Below are positions 25,144-40,556 of a DNA stretch of 64,000 nt, in pieces. The translations under genes were made by a program, and so were the position numbers. Source of the DNA: Eledone cirrhosa (taxonomy: Eukaryota); NCBI GenBank assembly GCA_964016885.1, contig OZ024740.1, forward strand, positions 178,436,001 through 178,500,000, written 5' to 3'. Numbering within the stretch: the first letter of the stretch is position 1; each line of letters opens with the position of its first letter. The notes under the pieces are model-generated. The model ran no database searches and was not told the DNA's origin. It was given only the letters and a program-made list of their open reading frames with translations.

Positions 25144-26330
25144 CTGTGTGTGTGTGTGTGTGTGTGTGTTTATTTGTGTAAACTTTAGAAAAATATTAAT
25201 GAGAGGACAAGACGAGAAACGAAAAAGTTTTTTTAAGGGTAACCTTAAAGAATTATTTAAAAAAAATAAAAATACAAACCCAAGGACACATAACTACCGG
25301 GTCATCGGCCGTTCATGTGGACTTTGGCAATTTCGACCCCTGGCAACGGTACTGCTAGTCTACCCGGAGTCACAGCGTCTGACACAAGCCAAACTCTATC
25401 CAGTGGAGTAAGAGACGATAAACAAAACATTAATTTAAAGCAATTAAGCTACAACAAATACACATAGAATTTTATGTGACGCCAGGGAAAACGCGTGGTG
25501 CCTCTTATAGCATGAAGGTCATAAATGAAAAAAAGAAAAAGGAAAGAAGATAGTAAAATATCGGGAAGTTGGGGAACAAAAATTATCAAGATTGCAAACT
25601 AAATCTCTCTACCATGTATGTATTCATTCCTGCAAATGTCGATTTTGGCTTCCATACTTCTGCCACCAATAGAATAATTTGGTAGTCAAGTACTGGTGCC
25701 AGTATAATTGGCAACTTTCTCTGTATGGCCTTGTGCTCATATTAGAATCTCTCAAGAGAACGGTGAATTGACAGAAATGTTGGCCAACAAAGCGAGCCTT
25801 TCTATTGAGAATGTCATTTTTAGTAACAGAAATAGTTGAGCCAACATTCGAATACCTATAGTCTCGTTTGCGTCAATAGGTATAGCAGCGTATTCTCGCT
25901 CAAATCTCATTGAATACTGTCTCTGAAAGGAGAACACCGTAAGCATTAATTCTCCTAGCGTCAGTATTTTAATTTGCGGTCAAATACTTCTACATCTTCC
26001 ATTCCTTCCATAAATCCGCCTTCATGTACCTATATTAGAAATCATTTTAATTATCAATCCATTTTTTTATACACCTTTTCTAGTGTATATTTTTTTATAC
26101 ACCTTTTCTAGTGTGCAAGAGCTAGTGTCATTTTGAAATGTAACATATGAGAATAAATAGATCTACAACTAACATTGTATGTATATTTACATCTCGAAAG
26201 TGGGTCATACTAAGAAACATTTATAAACCTTGTAAAGAAAGTGAATAAAAAAAAAGAGCGAAATTATAGAGAATAAAAAACACAGTAAACAATGTTTGTA
26301 ATGTATGCGACATCATTAGTTTTATTTAAC

Positions 26331-27238
26331 AACTAGCAGTAAAGCCCGGCGTAGTTCGGGGCTGCTTAGTAGCTGTGTTAAAGTTAAAATGTTAAGTTCC
26401 TTTCTTGGCTTAAAAACTGTAGAGTCTACAGTGTAGACTTTCATGTGGTACTTTTGATTAATATTTCTTCAACCAACAGTATGCCTTATGAAAACATAAC
26501 CATAACCCGAATGTTAAAACAAAAGAGGATGCTGGAGATTAAAACTGCACTGGTAATCTATTAACAAATCGAAAATGTAAACACTGCAACACTTGTCTCA
26601 GAGAAAAACACCAGCGTAACCAAACTATCAGTTATTTTGAAACAAAGATATTGGATGGACATGAAAAAAAAAAAAAAAATGCGTTATCTGTCTGTCGTTT
26701 AAAATCATTGCATCTAAATGAAAATCTCATAAGGCTTTATTCGAGATGAATGCTTTTTTTTACAAAATATTTGCTTGTTTTACGGTGTATACAAATAGGC
26801 TTGTTTTCAAGTAAAAATATTGTTTTAAAAGACTTTTTAATGGAAATGAAGCAAAATGGAAGCTTAATGTTGACATTTTGAACTCATGAATTTTGCAGGT
26901 TAAAATTTGGCTCGCCCGAAAGTTGTTTGTATTTTTTGTACTTTTGCACTCGTCGTTTATACGTAACATAAATAGATAAGCAAATGACGCCATAAAAAGG
27001 AAATAACTCGTCTTTCATCTCTATTTATACATTGAACTGAAAAATCAATGCATTACACATTTGATTTTTGCACTTGGCGTGGGTCGATTTTAAATTTTTT
27101 TTGACCGATGTCTCCGCCGGACCTTCATCTATCAGTGTAGCAATTTCACCGAAATTTAAACATACGGTTTAGGAGGAGATGTATGTCGACCGTTTTAGTA
27201 GACAGACAGACAGACAACCTCAGTTTTATATATATAGA
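26331..27238 (+). mobile_element. Non-autonomous Helitron-like element
   Basis: 5' ACTAG..GCCCGGCG..CGGG hairpin; 3' (GACA)n..TTTTATATATATAGA. Confidence 0.55.
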
Positions 27239-27764
27239 CTAGCAGAAAACCACCCGATGGGCGGTTTTCTGCTAGCAAATCTAGTGTATATAGTGATATT
27301 GTTGAGATTTGGATGAGAAATGTTTTCGGCACCACATGTTCACCGTCTCTCGGTGTGTCTTTTATGCATGTATAAATATATATGTTATCTATACGGTGAA
27401 ATCTTTGAAATAAATATATGTTAAAACGAAAAAGGAGAAAAAGAGATTAGTGACGGAAATATAAACGTTATGATACATAAACGTTATGATATAACGATGG
27501 CAATATATCTTCAAATGGTCCTTGGCATGGTGTCAAGTCAGAACCGCCTCGAACTGGTTACTTCTGGCTTGTGCAAGGTGTCTCTATAGCAACCAGCGAT
27601 TCCCTCGGCCTCAGTGACCAAAGTCAGTGGAGAGGGGAAGGTAATGTTTCTATAGCGACAGTGTTTCCTTGGTAGTACCAAAGTGGAGAAAGGAAGGAGA
27701 AGGTAATATTTCTGTAGCACCTACATTTGAGTTTTAGGGAAGGCCAGACAGACAAACAGAGAAA

Positions 27765-27829
27765 TGCCCATATATTTCTGTGTGTGTGTATATATATATA
27801 TTACACACACAGAAATGTATATATATTTC

Positions 27830-27862
<33 letters not shown>

Positions 27863-28020
27863 TACACACACAGAAATGTATATATATTTCTGTGTGTATA
27901 TATATATATATATATTACACACACAGAAATGTATATATATTTCTGTGTGTATATATATATATTTCTGTGTGTGTATATATATATATATATTACACACACA
28001 GAAATGTATATATATTTCTT
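27765..28020. repeat. Palindromic minisatellite (ACACACAGAAATGTATATATATTTCTGTGTGT + TA runs)
   Basis: About five tandem units, directly visible. Confidence 0.8.
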
Positions 28021-28139
28021 AGAACAAAATTATTATTAATGTTTTGCTGTTCATAACAATTGGAATTGAAAAATTACTTTTAAAATTATTAGTTATTTTA
28101 CTAATGCTTAGATATGTAAAAATGAAGCAATGTTTCTAA

Positions 28140-28330
28140 TAATTGTTTCTCCTTTTGGCACAAGGCCAGCAATACACCAGTACATTACTGGTACTTTATT
28201 TTATCGACCCCATGAGGATGAAAGGCAAAATTAACCTCGGCGGTATTTGAACTCAGGCCGTAAACGGACGTAACTCCATGTTATGAAGCATGGTGTCCGA
28301 CTCTCTACAGATTCTTCCAATCCACCGCCC
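28140..28330 (-). mobile_element. tRNA-derived SINE
   Basis: Matches the SINE consensus. Confidence 0.85.
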
Positions 28331-28732
28331 TAATGTCTGTACGTAATGAGGGAGTGAGAGGGGAGAGAAAGAAAGGCAGAGGTGAAGTGACGAAGTGATT
28401 CTCTCCTCCTCCTCCTCCATCTCCCCATTCGTCACAGCGATAGAGGGGAGGAATGTTAGTGTGTTACAAAGAGAAAGAGTGAGAGTGAGAGAAACATACA
28501 GACTAAAAGAGGGGGATAGCTGGAGAGAGAGAGAGAGAGATACAACCACGCGCGCACGTGTTTCCACTGTCGGACAGACAGACAGAGAAATTGCTGGTTA
28601 TATATTATAAGGAGATAATATAAATTTTGGTAGACAGTGGAATTGAGCTAAAGACATTAAAAAAGCACACATACACACGCGCACACATGTACGTTTAATG
28701 TAACTTCATACATAGGCAGGTATAATATTGAT

Positions 28733-28838
28733 TAATTGTTTCTACTTTTGGCACAAGGCCAGCAATTACCCAGTATATTACTGGTACTTTATTTTATCGA
28801 CCCCATAAGGATGAAAGGCAAAGTTAACCTCGGCGGTA
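28733..28838 (-). mobile_element. SINE, 5'-truncated
   Basis: Matches the consensus 3' half. Confidence 0.82.
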
Positions 28839-28851
28839 TTGATTAATGAAT

Positions 28852-28896
<45 letters not shown>

Positions 28897-28899
<3 letters not shown>

Positions 28900-29427
28900 A
28901 GATTTGAATGGATACAGTTTAGTTGAAAGGAATTTATTGACACGTGTTTCTATAACAGTTACATAACCTAAAACAGCTATCTACAAACTTTTAGTTATGC
29001 AGACATTCAATATTTCAATGTTATTATTTACTGTCATTTCATCAGAATAATATTACTGAGGACCTATTTAGTTTTTATAGAGAATATTAGGAGGGAGGGG
29101 TGAAGTTGTTAGAAGAATAGTTGAAGGAGTGGTTTTTCGATAGCAGTGAGGTCCTCAGTAATATTATTCTGATGAAATGACAGTAAATAATAACATTGAA
29201 ATATTGAATGTCTGCATAACTAAAAGTTTGTAGATAGCTGTTTTAGGTTATGTAACTGTTATAGAAACACGTGTCAATAAATTCCTTTCAACTAAACTGT
29301 ATCCATTCAAATCTTTCTATTTTTCTCCGGATTACTTTTGGAACTACAACTGGAACCGTCGAGCAAACTCTACGTGAGCTGATAATCTACTGTGTGTAAT
29401 ATTTATATTACAACACAACGGAAAATA

Positions 29428-29430
<3 letters not shown>
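28897..29430. mobile_element. Family F head-to-head inverted pair
   Basis: 28897-29064 is the reverse complement of 29149-29320; TA tracts on both sides. Confidence 0.75.
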
Positions 29431-29503
<73 letters not shown>

Positions 29504-29539
29504 ATATACACGGGTGTGTATGATTGTGTATAGAAGATT

Positions 29540-30957
29540 ATATTAATAAGAGGAATTCCAACTTTGTCTGATTTACTCGTTTTATTTACAATGCTTTAAA
29601 ATTTATAATGGTATTATAATGAAATAGTATGATAGAATATCAAATGTTAAGTGTTAATTGAACAAGTACTTTCATGCTTTCTCAATCTTCATGTTCATAA
29701 TGTGTGGTGACAGTCAAGTTTGCAATTTTCAACTGTAATGAGATGGGTAAATTTTGTACCTTATATGCAGTGAAAAGTGGCTCCAAAATGCTAAATCTTG
29801 CAAACTGTATTTCGACCAATCGGTGTGTAGTTTCACTGAATTACTAAAGCTGATTGGTTTAAGCATCACGGTTGGTTGAGCATGTCTAACGAGCAATAAT
29901 TGATCCTATCCAAAGCATCAATTGTTTTGCTATTTTTAGAAATGATGAAAATAGCATTTTCTAGTAAGCATCACCATCAACATCACTTTTATTATTATTA
30001 TTATTATTATTGTTGTAGTTGTTGTTGTTAGTGGTCGTAGTCGACATGGTCGTAGTCATAGTGATAGTAGAAGTAATACCCCTAAGCGTTATTATTGTTC
30101 ATTTAGCTTGGGTTTGAATTTATCAATAAAATTCTTTTCTTTGATTTTTCTCTTGATTTCACTTGGGCTGTGTAATTTATAGTATGGGAATATTATAAAT
30201 ATTCCCTGACCACATGTTGCTAGATGGTTACTTAGGGGTATCTGACGGACATTTGGGTCTCTGATTTGCTGACGTCAGATACCCCTAAGTAACCATCTAG
30301 CAACATGTGGTCAGGGAATATTTATAATATTTCCATTCTACAAATTACACAGCCCAAGTGAAATCAAGAGAAAAATCAAAGAAAAGAATTTTATTGATAA
30401 ATTCAAACCCAAGCTAAATGAACAATAATAACACTTAGGGGTATTACTTCTACTATGACTATGGCTACGACCATGTCGACTACGACCACTAACAACAAAA
30501 ACAACAATAATAATAATAATAATAATAAAAGTGATGTTGATGGTGATGATTACTAGAAAATGCTATTTTCATCATTTCTAAAAATAGCAAAACAATTGAT
30601 GCTCTGGAAAGGATCAATTATTGTTCGTTAGACATGCTCAACCAACCGTGACGCTTAAACCAATCGGCTTTAGTAATTCAGTGAAACTACACACCGATTG
30701 GTTGAAATACAGTGTGCAAGATTTAGCAATCTGGAGCCACTTTTCACTGTATATAAGGTACAAAATTTACCCATCTCATTACAGTTGAAAATTGCAAACT
30801 TGACTGTCACCACACATTATGAACCTGAAGATTGCGAAAGCATGAAAGTACTTGTTCAATTAACACTTAACATTTAATATTCTATCTTACTATTTCATTA
30901 TAATACCATTATAAATTTTAAAGGATTGTAAATAAAACAAAGTTAGAATTCCTCTTA

Positions 30958-30962
<5 letters not shown>
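29540..30962. mobile_element. PLE family G: ~700-bp near-perfect inverted repeat of a GIY-YIG C-terminus + 3' UTR
   Basis: 30276-30428 (+) translates QIPLSNHLATCGQGIFIIFPFYKLHSPSEIKRKIKEKNFIDKFKPKLNEQ*; spacer ~30248-30272. Confidence 0.82.
30820..30858 (+). ncRNA. Minimal hammerhead (39 nt)
   Basis: TGAAC CTGAAGA T TGC gaaa GCA T GAA AGTACT T GTTCA; mutated copy at ~29659-29697 (-). Confidence 0.75.
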
Positions 30963-31000
<38 letters not shown>

Positions 31001-31404
31001 AGAAAGAAGAGTGACATGGTTTGCTATAGAATAAGGACTTTATTCCATTGCTGACAATTGTTTCTCTGAACTGGTAGGTCTAGAGATCGCTACCCGCCTA
31101 TTTTTGCGCCAATCGATCACCAATACTTTGTTATAACCAGTCAATTCATCAGGGAATGCGTGAATGAAGGAAATACACAGGCATGGCTTCTATATATAGT
31201 AGTGGCATTAAATCAGAACAGTAATAACAATACTAACAATACTAAAAATACTCGAATAAATTATCTAGACCGTAAATAGTTAAAATAATCACAACATCAA
31301 TCTAAGTAAGACATAGAGTATACTGACGACTTTAGCATGTAAAACGAGCTGATACGAAGCAGATGTATGAAATTGATATGTAAAAGCTGTCATTATATAT
31401 AGTG

Positions 31405-32258
31405 TACGTATACATACTTATATTTAAGTAAGAGCCGTACTAAGAGTGAGAAATGAAATTTCGTTTCATTTTGCCCGTTTAGCGTTTTCGGTGCGTTCGG
31501 CCGATTAACTCACTCGATATACAAATTAGGCTGCTCAGCCGTTAATATACATAAGGAAAGTATATACTTTCATACGTTCAATCATCTGTCAGGAAGGTAT
31601 ACGTTGCTGACGATAGGTAATAAGCTTGAAACTAGTAGAGTGTTCCTTTGTCAGTATTGAACAAATGAGCAACGATGGTTGCTAGTCACTGTACGGCTTA
31701 ATTCGGGATGTTTGTTTACAAACACACCGAGCATTATAATAAATGTTCGGTGAATCCAGACGTACATATATATGTGTGCATGTATGTATATATATATACA
31801 TACTACTGTACGTCTGTATACATATATGTATGTATGTATACATACTTATATTTAAGTAACAGCCGTACTAAGAGTGAGAAATGAAATTTCGTTTTATTTT
31901 TTCCGTTTATCGTTTTCGGTGCGCCCGGCCGATTAACCCACTCTATATGCAAGTTAGGCTGCTCATCCATTAATATGCATAAGGAAAGTATATACTTTCA
32001 GACGTTCAATCATCTGGCAGGAAGGTATACGTTGCTGAAGATAGCTAATAAACTTCAAACTAGTACAGCGTTCCTTTGTCAGTGTTGAACAAATGAGCAA
32101 CGATGGTTGCTAGACACTCTACAGCTTAATTCGGGATGTTTGTTTACAAACACACCGAGCATTATAATAAATGTTCGGTGAATCCATACGTGCATATATA
32201 TATGTGTGCATGTATGTATATATATATACATACTATTGTACGTCTGTATACATATATG
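31405..32258 (+). mobile_element. Retrozyme X tandem dimer (period 428 bp; HHRs at ~31590-31648 and ~32018-32075, partly decayed)
   Basis: TAAGAGTGAGAAATG at 31441 and 31869. Confidence 0.82.
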
Positions 32259-32748
32259 TGTTTTTGGCTTAGGTGGTTAATGCCTTCTTGACTGCCTTCT
32301 CACATTGTATCGCGTTTATAGCTCTGTTTTTTTAGCCATTGGAACGCTTGCCAGCATGACTCTGAATTTGCGTTACGTTTCGCTTTTTCTACCCGCCGAA
32401 ATGCGATTCTCGGTGAATTTATATTTGTATTAATCTCCCGAGTCTTACAATTAACCTGTTAATAATTCTATTGACAGATTAATTGCATAAGTTATATTTT
32501 AAAAACTACCTGGTTGAGTGCTTATTCGATTTGTGCTATTTATTTAATTTTTTGCATGATTTACACATACTGAATTCATTTGCCAAATTCTGGGTTTTTC
32601 CCCTTTTGAGTTACACATGTGCTTTTACAAAACACTTCGTCACCCACAATACTGGTCCAGAACAAAATAGCTGTTGATAACGTGATATTCCTCGTTCGAT
32701 GATTATTACAAAAGCTTATGGTTTTAAGCAGACAGTATTATTGATTTA

Positions 32749-32960
32749 GCTGTGGATTGGCCGTATCGGTAGAGGGCGGTGGATTGGCAGTATCGGTAGA
32801 GGGTCGGACGCCATGCTTTCCAGCATAGTTACGTCCCTTTACGATCTGGGTTCAAATCCCGCCGAGGTTGACTTTGCCTTTCATCCTTACGGGGTCGATA
32901 AAATAAAGTACCAGTAATGCACTGGATAATTGCTGGCCTTGTGCCTAAAGTAGAAACAAT
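32749..32960 (+). mobile_element. tRNA-derived SINE with duplicated head; TSD ATTAYTGATTTAGCTGT
   Basis: Head GTGGATTGGCMGTATCGGTAGAGG occurs twice; inserted into repeat Y. Confidence 0.88.
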
Positions 32961-33044
32961 TACTGATTTAGCTGTCACACAATCCGTAGGTTTTGATTTT
33001 ACCATCGATTCCAAGGGTCCAGGTTAGTTATATATATATATATA

Positions 33045-34024
<980 letters not shown>

Positions 34025-34238
34025 TTATATGATTTATTTTGTCGGATCTGTTTAGATTGACTTGTTCTTTTGGCTTAGGTGGTTAATGCCTTCTTGACCG
34101 CCTTCTCAGTTTGTATGGCGTTTATAACCTATGTTTATAGCTCTGGTATTTTAGCCATTGGAGCGCTTACCAGCATGACTCTGAATTTGCGTTACGTTTC
34201 GCTTTTTCTACCCGCCGGAATGCGATTCTCGCTGAATT

Positions 34239-34430
<192 letters not shown>

Positions 34431-34940
34431 AGTTTATATATATATATATATATATAAACTTACATACACAAATTCACAGAAACATTCACACAAATACACA
34501 CATACACACACATACATATATATGGTCTCTATCTCTTTCTTTCCTTATTCTTACACATACAGGAAGAACACACAGACATGTCTATGTGCGACTCTGTATT
34601 CACTCATGATAATAAACAGCGTGTGTCTTTATATTTATATATTCTCTATATATATATTTCTGTCTGCAATTTATACAGTGAGCTACATTGTCATATGTTA
34701 CATGACATAAAGTAACAAAACAAACCCAAACATATACTGACATACACGCACATACGCCCAACCACACATGAAGACAATACAGTTCTGCTCACAGGCGTGT
34801 AGCTACAATAAGCTCAGAATTAACGTCATAAAAACAACCAATAAGAAAGTAAAAAAAACAAAAACGATTGGGTTTTGATGAATTAATGTATCATACTACT
34901 TTTGGAGAAAACACGAATGAATTATGTCGCGACTCTAGAG

Positions 34941-35023
<83 letters not shown>

Positions 35024-35027
<4 letters not shown>

Positions 35028-35633
35028 TGGCTGCCAACTCGTTTTCGAGTACGGCCACTACTTTATATCCATGTAGGAAAACACCTACCGATGCGCTGAA
35101 CCAGTGTGACTGTTTAGTCCAGCCAGCGACTTGAAAACTCTGGTACAAACACTACACCTGTGACAATTATTGACACATAGTGCTGGGCTCATGGTACCGT
35201 GTGACGACAAGTGCAGAGAGATCTCCAGATACAAAGCAATGCCTGTGCCGTGAAGCTTTTATAGTGAGCAAAGGCACTGCACAAAGCCAGTCCCACTCTC
35301 TTAACCAAGATGATATTTACCAAAAAGAAGAACAAGTCAACATCATTGGATACCATCAGGGTTGCAGGTGTTATATCAGAGTTTTCCTTCTCCTATAATT
35401 CTGCCTTGATAAAGGCTAAGGGGTCATCTCTCCCAGTGATTTTGGATGGCCATTGACTCTTAAGAGCTCCTTTGCTCTTTGACAGGTTTTGTTTTTAGTC
35501 CTGCAGGATGTCCAAAGTCACCCTCCTCACCAAGAAACCTTGGTGGGGTTGCCAGTTTAGTCGCCAACGACCCGACCATGAGACAGGTTGTACTGGGATA
35601 CATGTTACCAGTAGCACCAAGTGGTGACCTGAC
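35024..35633 (-). mobile_element. Non-autonomous RTE-derived element, second copy
   Basis: Reverse complement of 1752-2320 with ~40 extra 5' bases; TA flanks. Confidence 0.65.
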
Positions 35634-35685
<52 letters not shown>

Positions 35686-36271
35686 AAACATAAATTATCG
35701 AGATTCGCATTTCGGCCTACGATATAACGAAAAACAACCTCCGAGATGTGCGGCAAGTGCTCAATGATTCAGAAGAACCAGACCTATAACAAACGTTAAA
35801 GGCCAAACACACTGAGACGATGGTTAAACAATCATTCGCATAGCCCCAAAAAAACGATCGAGTAATTCGGGTATTGAAAATTTACCCGGACCCCTGGAAG
35901 GTTGGTAAAATCCAGTATATGGGTTTCTGCGGCTCCTAAATCAAGTAGCGTCCGCTTACATATATAATGTCAGGCTTCTGGTAAGATGATTGAACAAGGA
36001 AGCCACTTTCTCAACAGGTTTTAGTTCAATGTTAATACAAGGACTGACCATTGCTGACCCCACGTGGGGATCGGCAAGGGAGACAACCCCTATATATGGC
36101 GAATGTATTCAGTTGTGTATATTCTTGCAAGAATGCAAAAACATCACAAATCGAATAGAGTTCTCAGCAGAAGGGTTAAAATAAACATAAGCTATTCATC
36201 AGTTAATAGAATCAACTAAAAAATCAAGAAAATTAACTGGTCAATAGCTAGAGTCTGGAGAATAATACAAA

Positions 36272-39200
36272 CATCAGATAAAATAGGGATACATGATATG
36301 AAGCTTAAAAAACACTTGTGAATAGTGAAGTTTTAAATCAACATATGAAAAATAATTTAAGATTGATGTATGAGATTGGGAAAAAGTGAGGGGGGTTGGA
36401 AAAGGTAAGGAAGAGGAGAAGATGAGAGTAAAGAATGGTGGGGGAGGAGTATAAGAAGGAAGGATGAGAGAGGAGGAGAGATGGGTGATAGAGAGAGAGA
36501 GATAGCCTTTACAATTGAGAAAAAATATATATTGTCCCACAGAGAGAAGTTAAAAAGCCGTTGGAAGATAATAGATAATTTAAAAGAATTTGAAATTAAA
36601 AGTTAATGAGGTTTATGCATGAAAAGAAAAAGCGATTAAGAATAATTTAAATTAAGGTTTGTATATTGAAGGGTTTAATAATATGTGCGAGGAAAAGAAA
36701 TTATTAATATGTATTATTAAAATTAAAATAATAATGTTATTAAGGATATAATGTGAAAAGAAGTAGAAGAATGAATGAGTTATGAATTTAGAGGAATTAG
36801 TTAGGGTTTAAGTTTGTTTTTATGTAATGTAATATGTGTGCGTAATATGTGTACGTAATTAGTTTGTTTAAAAATGAGCGCAGAAGGCAAAGAAGAAAAT
36901 AATCTTTAAGGAAGAAAATATCTAACATCAAAAAATATATATGTTTACGAAATATTTTCTAATGGTAATAATATAATATATTAAAAGAAATTAGTCGGGA
37001 TTTAAGTTTGTTTTTATGTATTGTAATATGTAAAAGTCAAACGAGCATGAAAGGATGAGATAAGGAATTTAAGGAAGAAAAATCTAACGTAAAAAAAAAT
37101 GTTTATGTTTACGAAGGATTATTAAAGGTAATTAAAAAAATAATAATAAGTACAGATTAGAGGTTAGAAATTAAAAGAAAAGAGGAAGAAAGGAAAGTGA
37201 TAAAGAGGAATGATATAGAACGAGTAACTTGTATTATATAATATATAATAAATAATATTGAAATAAGGTAGAAAGATGGGTATATTTTTAAAGGTTATAT
37301 AAGCCTTTGAGAAAAAGGATTTTAAACTAGTAAGGTATTAGATATTAGCTGTATACTTTATGGAATGTTATGTGGAATTTATGCAAGCAGAGAGGAAATA
37401 AATCCGTGCGTCTATTTATTATAGAATTAAAATTAGATATAATGGTAAATTTCTCAGCTGGGGAAATATTACATGTTCTGGATAGGGAGGCATTCAAGTA
37501 GGGAGAGGCAGAACAAACTTTTCTCCAAGAAAAGTTATAGTTAATATTTATGTCTTTCAAGGACCATATGAGTTCTGAGAGTGCCGTGTTAGTTCTTTTA
37601 AGTTGGTATATAAAAGACGAATTGTGATTATAAAATCTAGCTTTGAAGGAGGTGGAAGTGGTACCGAAATAAGCGAGGGAATAAAAATATCTTCGATGCT
37701 AACGCCAATTACTATAATAATGCGCTTTCTAAAGCCGGTTATCCTGATAAAATTAAATACAGTAAAGAACCCAATCCTAGAAGGTCTTACAGTAAAATAA
37801 TTAATTAGGATCATTCCAATAACTTAAATAAAAGACCTAGATACAAAAATATAATCTGGTATAATGCTCCTTTTTCTATTTCTATTAATAATAATATTCC
37901 TAAACTATTCTTTAGGGCCTTAGATAAATGCTTCCCTCCCTCACATATCTATAGTAAAATCTTTAACAAACATACAATAACATTTTCCTATTCCACTTCC
38001 TCCAACATCTCTAACATTATCTCTAAACACAACAATAAAATATTAAATATTAAATCACATCCTTCCAACACTGAGCGTCATAATAATAGCAGTAGTACTC
38101 CCGACGTCATTGTTAACTCTAGGCTAGATTCTGTAAATTCAAATACGACGTCAAACGTAACTTCGTTGAATGTTCATAATACCAATCTAAATCAGGAAAC
38201 TATTATTCCTATCGTAAATAACTTCTCCAATCCAATTCCTACTATAAATAACAATAGATCACTTGTTAATAACTCTGTTAATTTCTCTAATCGCAATTGT
38301 AATTGCCCTGTTAGAACTAAATGTCCTCTCAATAACCATTGTCTTGATAAAAAACTTAGTCTATGAATGTAAGGTTATAACTGATACCAATTCCTTTACC
38401 TATTTCGGTTCCAGCTTCACCTCTTTCAAAGCTAGATTTTATAATCACAATTCGTCTTTTAGATACCAACTTAAAAGAACTAACACGGCACTCTCAGAAC
38501 TCATATGGTCCTTGAAAGAGAAAAATATTAACTATAACATCTCTTGGAGAAAGGTTTGTTCTGCCTCTCCCTACTTGAATGCCTCCCTATCCAGAACATG
38601 TAATCTTTGCCTAGCTGAGAAATGTACCATTATATCTAATTTCAATTCTATAATAAATAGACGCACGGATTTATTTTCTCTCTGCTTGCATAAATCCCAC
38701 ATAACATTCCATAAAGTATAGAGCTAATATCTTTACTAGTTTAAAATCCTTTTTCTCAAAGGCTTATATATCTTTAAAAAATATACCCATCTTTCTACCT
38801 TATTTCAATATTATTTATTATATATTATATAATACAAGTTACTCATTCTATATCATTCCTCTTTATCACTTTCCTTTCTTCCTATTTTCTTTTTAATTTC
38901 TAACCTCTAATCTGTACTTTTTCTTCCTAACTACTTCACAATTCTTATTTTTACTCACCACAACATTATCCATTCTTCCATCTTTCCTTATATCATTGGC
39001 CATAAAAATTATTATTATATTTTTAATACATTATAGTATTACCTTTAATAGTCCTTCGTAAACATAAACATTTTTTTTTGACGTTAGATTTTTCTTCCTT
39101 AAATTCCTTATCTCATCCTTTCATGCTCGTTTGACTTTTACATATTACAATACATAAAAACAAACTTAATCCCTAACTAATTTCTTTTAATATATTATAT

Positions 39201-39990
39201 TATTACCATTAGAAAATATTTTGTAAACATATATATTTTTTGATGTTAGATATTTTCTTCCTTAAACATTCTTTTCTTCTTTGCCTTCTGCGCTCATTTT
39301 TAAACAAACTAATTACGTACACATATTACGCACACATATTACATTACCTAAAAACAAACTTAAACCCTAACTAATTCCTCTAAATTCATAACTCGTTCAT
39401 TCTTCTACTTCTTTTCATATTATATCCTTAATAACATTATTATTTTAATTTTAATAATACATATTAATAATTTCTTTTCCTCGCACATATTATTAAACCT
39501 TTCAATATACAAACCTTAATTTAATATTATTCTTAATCCCTTTTTCTCTTCATGAATAAACCTCATTAACTTTTAATGTCAAATTCTATTAAATTATCTA
39601 TTATCTTCCAACGGCTTTTTAACTTCTCTCTGTGAGACAATATATATTTTTTTCTCAGTTGTAAAGGTTATCCCTATCCTTCTATCACCCATCTCTCCTC
39701 CTCTCTCATCCTTCCTTCTTATACTCCTCCCCCACCATTCTTTACTCTCATCTCCTCCTCTTCCTTACCTTTTCCACCCCCCTCACTTTTTCCCAATCTC
39801 ATACATCAATCTTAAATTATTTTTCATATGTTGATTTAAAACTTCACTATTCACAAGTGTTCTTTAAGCTTCATATCATGCATCCCTATTTTATCTGATG
39901 AAAACGCAGATATCAACCCATGATGATATTTGTTTTTGAAATGCGCATAATAAAATACTTGGAACTCTTTTAACCATCTTTTGATCTTAT
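36272..39990 (+). mobile_element. PLE family 2: 5'-truncated copy (37660-39990) with ~1.4-kb inverted arm (36272-37650)
   Basis: IIWYNAPFS..FFRALDKCFPPSHIYSKIFNK, CNCPVRTKCPLNNHCL, LVYECKV..YFGS..FKARFYNH (GIY-YIG); long AT-rich 3' UTR ending in an HHR and a TA tract. Confidence 0.88.
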
Positions 39991-39992
39991 AT

Positions 39993-40079
<87 letters not shown>

Positions 40080-40490
40080 GTATATGTTGGTTGTTTACCG
40101 ACACCTCAGTATGCAGATTGGAGTATTCAACGAAGTACGCAGGTTGGTTTGTTTATTCCGGAGTAATGTAAAATAAGTAAGTCACACATGTAAAATTTGG
40201 CTTCGTTTATTATAAATTATAATTTTCTGCTATATATATTTCGGTGACAGCTATTATTAGCTGTGAACTAATCAGGCTGTCCGAATTGGGGTGGAAAAGA
40301 CAGCTACACATGTTGTTCAAATGTGTTCCACGCTGTTAATTCATCGATATATCCAGGTCCTAGGTGTGGAACTGGAAAAATATGTATATATGTGTGTGTG
40401 TGTGTGTGTGTGTTTGCGTATGTATTTGCAGATTAGTGTGTCTATACACTTGTGTCTATGCCATGTATATATATATATATGAATATATGC

Positions 40491-40549
<59 letters not shown>

Positions 40550-40556
<7 letters not shown>

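Larger units (their letters stand above)
27238..28617 (+). mobile_element. Second Helitron-like element in tandem, containing a SINE and a palindromic minisatellite
   Basis: Starts with the CTAGCAGAAAACC..GGTTTTCTGCTAG hairpin; ends GACAGACAGACAG..TATTATAAGGAGAT. Confidence 0.5.

Noticed and set aside
27765-28020. CRISPR-like array
   Set aside because: Spacers are TA runs rather than unique sequence; eukaryotic context; no cas genes.
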